DNA of 64,000 nt from Paragordius varius. Lineage: Eukaryota > Animalia > Nematomorpha. Of this stretch, positions 54,719 to 64,000 are shown piece by piece. Within the stretch, counting starts at the first letter, position 1; each line of letters begins with the position of its first letter. The notes under the pieces are model-generated. The model worked only from the letters and a program-made list of their open reading frames with translations. It was not told the origin of the DNA and did not search any database. The translations under genes and the position numbers were made by a program. The stretch is taken from the NCBI GenBank assembly GCA_964247055.1, contig OZ176050.1:11532001-11596000 (forward strand). The letters run 5' to 3'.

Positions 54719-56368
54719 CACTTCGATTCAAATTGGGGTATCTAAATACCCCAGACCTTTTTCAAATTAGTATTCTTGAAAAACTACCCAATAGAATGGC
54801 CCTAATTTAAATTTATGCTTCTATCTTTATAAAAATTATATAATTAAACCAAAATAACTTAATGAAATTTAGTTTTGAAAAAAGATTCTCATCTCGAATT
54901 GGTTGGCGCCAGAATTATTTTTGAATTTTTTTTACCAGAATACATATTATTGTTAAAGATTGTACAATCCCACCTCCTGTAAACATATCATTTAAAGTAT
55001 TTTCCGTTACGAAGCATTTATTTTGTTGTTATGGAAGATTTTTCAGATAATTTTGATAGTAGCAGAGATTATAATGTGGATGACTCTTCATCTTCGAAGT
55101 CAAGTATAAAATTATTTTATTTAGATTATAATATAATGGAAAATTTAGCAATCCAGTATGATTGGTTTTATCCCCGGGCTCAAATCAAATTTTAGGACCC
55201 ACTTACAACATTTAATTCTATCATAACCTATGACGTAAAAATTTGATTATGAAAATAGGAAAACTATTATCTATATACAAATTTAGGTATCTGGATTGCT
55301 ATGGGCTTGCGCAAATACATGGTCCCTTAAATAATCTTTTTCGGCTTCAGAACGGTTAGCAATTATATTAATGTGCCAAAAAGGTATATATACTTATATA
55401 TTCTACAAGGTCCTATTTGCGTCGAAGATCTGTTTACAAAAAATCTAATATTTTGCCAAGCATGTCAACATATATCCTCTTAAATTGTTTGCACAAATTA
55501 TGAAAATAATCTAAATAAATTATTTGGAAATAAGATTTTAGTATACTATATTTATCGATCATGGATCGAATTTCACACCTATTAAACCAGATAAATTTTG
55601 AAGGGTTTAAAAATGAAAAATTAGCATTATTTTTTAAACAAACACAAAAAAATTATCTAATAATTGGCACTAAAATAGAGCCCGGGCCGCGGTAAGTGTC
55701 ACTGATCTAATAATAAACGATTTACTTCTAGAAGGCAAAAAGCAAGTTTTGATTTATTTTGATCGTAGAATAAATAAAAATACATGATTAGATATAAAGC
55801 ATCAAATATAAGATTATTCGGTAGAACTCTGGGAGATCAAGATTTATATTAATTTTTATGACCTGTTGACAAAACCATCTTGGTGTATATGATTCTGTTT
55901 CTTTCATGATATTACTATTTTATAGTAAACCTAAATGTAAAATTTACTTCAGAAAGTACGTGGAATGATTTCAATTTAAGCAAGTCTCACAAAATTTATA
56001 AGACTAATATTATAGTTGCTTCTCGAGATTCAATAACTGTCCAATATCTTACATAAGGTTATTCATTATGTCTTTATAAGCCTATAAATTAATAAAACTT
56101 ACTTTTAAAGATTTTTTCTTTCTGTTATGGCGATGCTAAACATAAATAATAGATATTTGTAAATCGATTGTCTGAAGTATGTAGAGACTTGAACTAAAAT
56201 GTAAATTTCCTGTTGTATTTAGTTAATTATGCAATAATAAATATAAAATAAGCGATAGAACTTAAAAACAATAGGTGTTTAGTAAATTATTTGCTTTAAA
56301 AAGGCCTGGGGTATCCAACTACCCCAATTTGAATCGAAGGACTAAAATGAATGTGTTGAATCCAAGTG
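54719..56368 (+). mobile_element. Decayed piggyBac-like element
   Basis: TTAA|CACTT ... AAGTG|TTAA ends with inverted subterminal TGGGGTA..TACCCCA hairpins. The interior has an acidic EDFSDNFDSSRD stretch, DPLTTFNSIIT and GIWIAMGLRK fragments loosely resembling a piggyBac transposase, with many stops. Confidence 0.55.
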
Positions 56369-56633
56369 TTAAGTGCATTATTAAAAAAAATGAAAATGTG
56401 TAATTTTATGGTCATACACTTTTGCCGACGAAATATTTTGCTAGATTTCTTTTATTAAACTAAAAGTGGTGAGTAAACTTATATAATGATAACAATTCAG
56501 CGTCAATTCACTTTAAAGCATTTATTTTTAGTAATACCAATTAAATTTTAACTAAAATACTTTTTATTAAATTTTTTTATTAATATATAGGAACACGGAA
56601 TATGGCCAAAATCCATTATTGAATGATTTGAAA

Positions 56634-57836
56634 CAGGGGTGGTCAACATAAATGACTTCGCGGGCCACATTTTAAACTAAAAACTTTCGGCGGGCCGCAT
56701 TAAAAATATACATCGGCAAAAAGCCATAATACAAACCCCGACCGGCAGAACTAATAAATTTTCAATACCGAAAGGTGTTAGACAGGGATGTTGCCTCTTA
56801 CCATACTTGTTTAACATTTGTATAGAAATGATCATAAAAGTAGATGAAGGTACTGAAAGCTTAAGGATAGGGGGAGAATGATTAACAATCTAAGGGTCGC
56901 AAATCATACGACACTGATCGCAGATAATGTAGTTAAAATAATATAATAAGGTTAGTAAGAGAAGAAAGTAAAAGATATGGATTGTACCTCAATCCTAAGA
57001 AAACCAAAGTTATGAGTTTATTAAAAAACGAACCTAATATAAGCATAGACAACACCCCAGTTGAAATAAAAATTTCTTAGTCTCTCTAATTAACGGCTCC
57101 TCCACGCCAGATATTAAACACCCCATAGCATTAGAAAAGTTAGCTTTGAACGTTGACTAAATTATAGAAAAGTAAAGATATCACTATCAAAACTAAAGTA
57201 AGAGTTATGAAATGCATGGTTTTTCCGCTAGCGGCTTATGCTGCATAATGGAAATTAAAACTTTATAATAAATTAAGGATTTCAACTTAATAATGTGGTG
57301 TTGGAGGAGAATGTTGAATGTAAAGTGGTCGTCGGTCTGACAAAGTTAAAAATGAATCGATGAGAAAAAAATTAAATAATGAGAGTAATTAAAATATAAT
57401 AAATGGGAAGTATACGTATATAAGGCACATTTTAAGAAGGACATATCTTGATAAAGATCTAATTTTTAGGTTGAAGGGTAAATAAAAAAGGAAAACGGAT
57501 ATAAGATGGCGGGACATTATAAAGAATGATCTGGTAGAACTATAGGCGAATTAAAATAGAATGGGAAAGAAACAAGAGTCATTTTAATTTTCATGCGTCG
57601 AACCCGACCTAAATAAATACCTAACTACCCTATTATTAAATATTTAATTAGATTTAAAACATAAAACTATATAATGGAAAAACAGTATAACATTTTCTAG
57701 TTCGTTGCCAATTATATAGACTTATTCTGGGAATTTGTTTAAATATCAATCTTCCTGAGACTTTATGAGCCTACTTTTGCAATTTACGGATTTCCAAATT
57801 TTTCGCGGGCCACACATAAGCCGCGTTTTGGACATC
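56634..57836. mobile_element. hAT-type MITE remnant interrupted by a LINE fragment
   Basis: Left end CAGGGGTGGTCAAC with GCGGGCCACA/GCGGGCCGCA motifs. Similar motifs at 57800-57830. Right TIR degraded and no TSD confirmed. Confidence 0.5.
56760..57560 (+). mobile_element. RTE-clade (BovB-like) LINE reverse transcriptase 3' fragment, decayed
   Basis: Fragments read KGVRQGCCLLPYLFNI, IGGRMINNLRVANHTTLIAD, EESKRYGLYLNPKKTKVM, KTKVRVMKCMVF and WCWRRMLNVKW, with frameshifts. Confidence 0.85.
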
Positions 57837-59714
57837 CAAAAGGTAGTGAAGTATTAAGACTGTTAAATATCTTATGAACCAAAAAATCTCGTCCAAAATA
57901 ATGAAATAAATAATTATTTAAAATTCCAAGTGAAGTAGTAAAGGATTTGAGATTCAGTATGTGGAATATGCATTCTATTCCAACTTCTTGATTTAACCGA
58001 AACTATGTCATATCCATGTTTTTGTCGATGGAAAACTAGTGTCATATTTATTTATATCTAATAACTTAATAACATGAATTGAAACCGAAACTTGCTGTGG
58101 TCGGTATTAATTCTCTGGTTCCAGTTTGACATTTAAAAAAGGCGTTTTCGTATAAAATGGTTATATCACCAAATTAAATTTGGTTCCAAATCCAGCGTTT
58201 CTTCTGTAAAAAAAGGGGTTTTTGATTTCGGTCCATTCTTTGCCCAGCGGTTCTAATTTCTGTACATTATAATTTAGAATATTCAAATAAGCTAAAATGA
58301 ATAAATAGCTTAAAATGTACATTATAAGCCACATCTATGGTGGGTTACTTTTTACTAAATGTAAAAAATTTCCGTGTTTCAAAAAGATTAAAATCATACT
58401 TTAATTATTCAAATAAAATATAAAACATAAATAAAACAGGCGAGCATTGCATTAAGTTTTTTCATTAAAAGCTTTGACGCAAAACCCAATGTGTGCTCGT
58501 CTATAAGAATCAAGACTTTATTGCCATTTAAACAAGAAGATAAAATTTTATAAAAGAGCTTTAAAAAAACATAGCGTCCGAAATCAGGGGATATAAAAAA
58601 ATAAATTAGGAAATCATATATATATATATATCCTGATATAAAAATGTATCAGGATTATCATGGTTTTGGTTTTGGCCCCGAGATAATATTGTATAAAAGA
58701 TTTTTTATACCGTTTCTATCATGTCTCAAAATAGTATGAAGTTAACAAATTAAATTAAATATATGAAAAAAGTATTTATGTGTTTGATTTAAGAGGACTA
58801 ACCCATTTTAGATAAGGCAAACTTTTGGAACCTACATCTACAAAAATTTATTTTTTTTTAAATTTTTTTTTTGCTTATGTAGTTTATATATTTTAGTGAA
58901 AATTTTTGGAATAAATCATTTAGCTTTCATAAATAATTTATTCTAAAAAATATGCGCAAATTTTGCCATTATTGAGATGGAAAACCAACACAAAAGCGTA
59001 AATAACTTTCTAAAACTCTTAATGGCCAAAACCAAAAGCACCATGATAATATTGATGTAATATCCTATCAGAAAATATTTCATCAAATTATATTTCTTAG
59101 TGGACACTGTCTTTGATAAATCTTATTATTAAAAGATGTTGTTGTTATATTATATAGAGATAAAATTTTCAGTTTTATTCTAGTTTAAGACTATAGCGCT
59201 TTTACTAAAAACAAACAGCTGATTTTTCAAAAATATAAAATCTATCAAAATATATTCGGGAAAGTTTCAAAATTAATTTAAACAAAATAATATTTTGCAT
59301 TTATGAGCCACCATTTGTTATTCAAAAATTTGCAAAAAGTATATAATTTATTAAATACGATTTACTATCATAATATTATTGATGTTATTTGGAATTTCCC
59401 AGTCGAAGATTTACAAACTTTTTAGATATTTATTTAAAATGATAGTTTCTTAACAATATATGACCTTCAGTTTTCTAAGGGCATTAAATTTAATATTAAA
59501 AATATTTAATTAGGCCTAAGTTCAAATATGTTTTCTTTAACCTTTGCGCATGATACAAAATAATTATTTTAAAAAACAATTTAAACATGCAAACAACTGT
59601 ATATTATTATAGTTGAAAATATAATTTTCGAAAGCTCTCAATGTACATTTCCCCAACCAAATTTATATTTATTGATTAAATTTCAGGTTAGTTTTAACTC
59701 ATCATATGACCTTT

Positions 59715-61990
59715 TCACTTTTTTGTCCTAGCTTACATATGGGGGTAATTTTATATTTCAGAATTTATTAATAAACTATAGTTTTGAAAGTTATTTATTA
59801 AAATATCAGCCATTGTTTAAATAAATTATATAAAAAGCTTATTTTACAGTTTTGTGCCTAAATCTTCAGCTTCAAACAAAATATTTCAACAAACAGCTGA
59901 TTTTAAAATCAAAATATATTTCGTTTTTGCTTGCAAAATGTACCCTAAAAACTGTTTAAAGTTAATTATTTATATTTCCTAATGAAAATATACATTTGTT
60001 TGTCTGTTGCATTAGTGGTTTGAAAAAATTCATACAAAAAATGGCCGCAAAAAAGTTTGGGATGAATATCTTAATCCATATTTTTTATAAAAAAAATTGG
60101 ATATAGAGTCGAGGCTAAGTATATTAAAAATCGGCTAAATACTTTAAATACTTTTTAAGATATTTAAATTAATCGCTCAAGGATTTTTTTACCTATGCAA
60201 GTATTGCAATTTATGTTTTTTGTCTGTATTGGAAATTGTAGTGATGATAATATTTTCATAGACTTATTTATTTTTTTGCATATGCAAATAAGATATCTAT
60301 TAGCTATTTACATATATAGCTTTATAATCATGCAGTGACATCATGGATTGTCCTTAATTTATATTTGTTTTTTTGATACATGTAATATACCTTCAAAAAA
60401 AATTCAATATAGAACCCGATTTTATAATAAATGTATTATCATCTTGTATTATACTAGCGTTGTGGTCGAACCCAACATAACATATATAAAATGACCTCTA
60501 AAGATAATGGAGTGTTAATCGTGTTTTGGAGCTATCTAGGGACTTTAAAAGTTTAAGAGGTGCACAAATTTATTTTTTATCGAGTACAAGAATAAAAATT
60601 GATAATAAAATTTTACCCACAGGCAAAACAGCAGTTTATTGACTATAAATTCCGGGATTCCAAATTGTAATCTCATAATACTATAATAAAGTGTTAAAAC
60701 TAATAAACTTTAAAATAAATTATTATAAAATTTTGCCACATCAAGTGAAAATTTAAACCCATAATTAGATACTAGAAGTTAGCAACCGTTTGACTCATAA
60801 TCAAAAAGCAAATTGTTTATGATGATATTTTAATTTTGATAATCTAAAGTAAACTCCATAATATTAAAGATATTTTATGGTGAACTTACAAGTGTTTCAG
60901 CTGTTTAAAGCATGGCCATAAATTATGTACAAGATCTACCACCAGAAGGTGGTTATAAAATATTTGATGTAGCGAGAAAAAAGTGTGCCTCTAAATACAA
61001 TGGTTTTGCTATAACTATAATGATAGGTTGGTTCTTTTTATCAGTCGCAATATTTCATAGTTTTCTAGCTCTTCATTTTATGAATAGAGAACAAGATTAC
61101 AAACAGTATTTGTTGCTAATATTAGATTTTTATATACGGATTTGAATGATGCGAAAATTGCATTAATGCCATTGTATACTGCAGAAATGGACAGAGTGTA
61201 TGTTAATTTTAATAATTAAGGTTCTTACGACATTTAAAGAATAAGCGCGAAAATGAGCGCATATTAATGAAGGATGTGCCTAATTGGAAAGTTGGGCATG
61301 TATTTTCCGATCCTATATTTAAAACATTACCCGAGGATTACTACTTTTCGCCTTCACACGAAGAATTTTATTCGGCAGCCGCCGGTAAATATGCTATGGA
61401 TAAATTTATTGATTTAATTATGTAATTAATAAATTGTTTGCGTTGTTATCATATAAATATCATATTTTTTAAATATAACCTAAGATAACAGAACCTGATG
61501 AGTTGTTTTTTGACTAGATTGAGCTTTTGTATTCCGTTGGTGGAACAACTTTTTAAGATTTTAAATTATATATTATTACTGTTTGGATATTTCTCGACTT
61601 TACTTTAAAAATCTTCAGTTAATTGGCGCAAAAAGTTTATGATCTCTTAAAATTGCTAAGGGTATTTTATGCTTTTAATTTCAATATAGAGGCGTATAAT
61701 TTGTAAAAGAATAAATATATTGGCACGATTTGGTTAACTTTTTTTATTTCACTATTTTGTCCTAGTTTACATATTGGCGTTGTTTCATATCCCAACAATT
61801 TAATAAACTACAGTTTGGAAAGTTATTTAAAATTTATTTATCAAACATTGTGTTCATGAATTAGATAAAAAAGCTTGTATTTTTTACACTCTTGTGACTT
61901 CAAGAGTCTAAAATTGGACAAAACACGATCGAAACAAACAGCAGTTATTTAAATCAATATATATCAAGTTTTTGCTGGTAAGTTGTCTAT
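59715..61990 (+). repeat. Pair of ~250-bp dispersed direct repeats (~59715-59960 and ~61745-61990) flanking NDUFA13
   Basis: Shared ttttgtcctag(c/t)ttacatat, taataaacta(t/c)agttt(t/g)gaaagttattta, aaaaagctt and aacaaacagc. Family not assigned. Confidence 0.6.
60912..61425 (+). CDS. NDUFA13: NADH dehydrogenase (ubiquinone) 1 alpha subcomplex subunit 13 (GRIM-19), 148 aa
   Basis: Exons 60912-61002, 61027-61105, 61126-61197 and 61221-61425 (447 nt) separated by introns of 24, 20 and 23 nt. Motifs QDLPPEGGY, IALMPLYTAEMDRVFLR, LMKDVPNWKVG and PIFKTLPED. Confidence 0.93.
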
Positions 61991-62025
61991 AAGCCTTTTA
62001 TATTTACAACCATAATATACATTTA

Positions 62026-63519
62026 CTAGCTGGCCCTGTCACGCTTTGCTGTTACGCAGTTTCACCGATAATTATTCTTAATAATTAGCAATAAGGGGTA
62101 ATGGAGATTCATATATAATAAAAAAACATTTAATAAAATTATTCTTTTACGGGTTTTTTGCATAGGCTAAAATATTTACTCGAAATTGACCATATTTAAA
62201 CTCTTCCTTATTAAAATTAATATTCAACTATCATTGGATTTATTTTAAGATTTTCGTTTTACGAAATCATGGTTAAAAGTTTTAGTTTAAAATGTTTATA
62301 CAGCTGGGATCAAAGGATATAAAAAGTAAATCATTTGTGGTCCCTTTTTAAAGGTAAGAATGATATTACACAAATTCCCGAGAAATGTATAACTTAATTC
62401 GTATGGCTTCCCAAGTTTTTTATAAATTAGCTCCAAAACCACGCCATTTTTGTATGGCCTCTCAGTTTAAACCGGTAAACTCCTACCCATATACCTATGT
62501 GGAAAAAGCGCTGAGTTAATTTCTTTGCCTTTATAAGGCAAATATTTGGAATCTTCTTTGATACCATCATAGGTTATTCGAAAAGATACTTTAACGCTAA
62601 ATAATCGTTATATGATGGCGTATTTTTAGAGGCCCTCAATTAACGGCTAATAAAAAACGCCTGACCTTTTTTACCTAGTTACGGGTAATATTTCAAACTT
62701 TTAATGAGCTCACATGGATTCTTAAATTTTCCGAAAATTAGCACCAAAACAACGCAATTTCTATATAGTGGCGCAGTTTTTGGCAGGTACCCCCTAACCC
62801 AGGGGCAGGTAAAAAGTGCTGGGCAAAATTTTTGCCATTATATGGGGAATATCTGGATTTATCATGGATTTCATATGTACTAGATTCATAGGTTTTCTGA
62901 AATTTGGTTCGAAAGGCATGCTATATCGATCACGGGTAGCCCCCTAACCAGGGGCGAAAAAAAATCGCTTATGTTTGCCTTAATTCGGGTAATACCTAGA
63001 ATCATGATTGATTTTATATGCTCTCGTTGGATTTTCGAAAAATTGCCATAAAACCAAAAAGTCATTCTATGATGGTGCAATCAGGGCGTGAAGGGCCTAA
63101 TTAACGGCTAATTTTAAAAAACCGTACAACCTAAATTTTTGCCTTGTTACGGGTAATATTTTAAGCACTTATTGAACTTATATGGCCTGATAGTTTTCTA
63201 AAATTTAGCCCCCAAGGCACGCTATTTCAATATGATAGGGCAGTTTTTAGCAGGTATATCCTTACCCAGCAGCCTATATAAAAAAACGCACGGCTAAAAT
63301 TTTTGCCTTTTAACAGGGAATATCTGGAACCTTCATCAAATTTTTACGGTCTCATACCCTGGGCGAAAAATACACGGGGTGGGCCCGAAGGAACCTTTTA
63401 AAAAAGGGCGAAGCTATTGTCGGAGCATTCATTAATGATTATATTTTTCCGATATTTAGATTAAAATGGGTCTAAAACAGAACACAAACCACGACTTTCC
63501 ATTTTTATAAATTAATAGA
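62026..63519 (-). mobile_element. Complete non-autonomous Helitron
   Basis: On the minus strand: 5' A|TCTATTAATTTATAAAAATGGAA, 3' imperfect hairpin GTAACAGC-AAA-GCGTGAC then AGGGCCAG-CTAG|T. Inserted between A and T with no TSD. Same internal tandem units as 12407 and 47266. Confidence 0.85.
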
Positions 63520-64000
63520 TTTTCCTGTTGAATTAGCGAGTAAAAAATTTATAAAAAATGACGGCAAAAAAGTTTGACAGAGGATTTTTTTACATATTAA
63601 AAAATTTTGTATAATGCTTCTAAAAGGCTAAAGAAAGCCTATTTTATAATTCGACTTAATAACTTAAATAATTTTTAAGATATTTTAATTCAACTCGCTT
63701 TGGGATATAAAATTACCCCAAAAGGTAATGGAATGTTAAATAATGCCAGTATATAACCGTCTAAAAATTAAATCAATGCATCCTGATTTAAAAACCCATC
63801 AATAATCTGGTGGATGCCGATTATTAATAAGCTGTTTATGAACGAATGCATATAGTCTCATTTAAAAAATTGTTTTTGCATGCATTATACCAGATAATTT
63901 TTTTTTGAGGGCTTTGCTTTCTAAATCTTATACAACACACACTTTTAGAACGCAAAAAATTTTTATTTGTTATAAATCCAAATATTTAGCCCACTTAATT

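Noticed and set aside
1-64000. tRNA, rRNA or snRNA genes
   Set aside because: No cloverleaf, A/B-box or rRNA-like conserved segment recognised by eye. A covariance-model scan would be needed to exclude divergent small RNAs such as an SL RNA.

Overview
Very AT-rich animal genomic DNA with spliceosomal introns, probably from a non-model protostome (inference; species not identifiable from the sequence alone). Positions 1-21 kb contain no recognisable host gene, only decayed DNA transposons: two Buster/GTF2IRD2-type hAT copies, a nested hAT MITE, a TTAA piggyBac-like MITE, a Helitron and mini TA-MITEs. Host genes are a 20-kb Ig/FN3/DB-module type I membrane protein gene (21655-41266), casein kinase I gamma, a secreted CBM14+2xLDLa protein, a HAX1-like gene (-), a 95-aa TSEN34-like tRNA-splicing endonuclease (+), REEP5/6 (-) and NDUFA13. 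The ORF track largely misses several of these because they are broken by ultra-short GT-AG introns of 20-32 nt; nine are well or moderately supported and a tenth is possible. These coexist with ordinary 74-1400 nt introns. HAX1, TSEN34 and REEP5 are packed with only 8 bp between two start codons and 7 bp between two stop codons. The micro-intron class and this near-zero-spacer gene trio are the most notable features.
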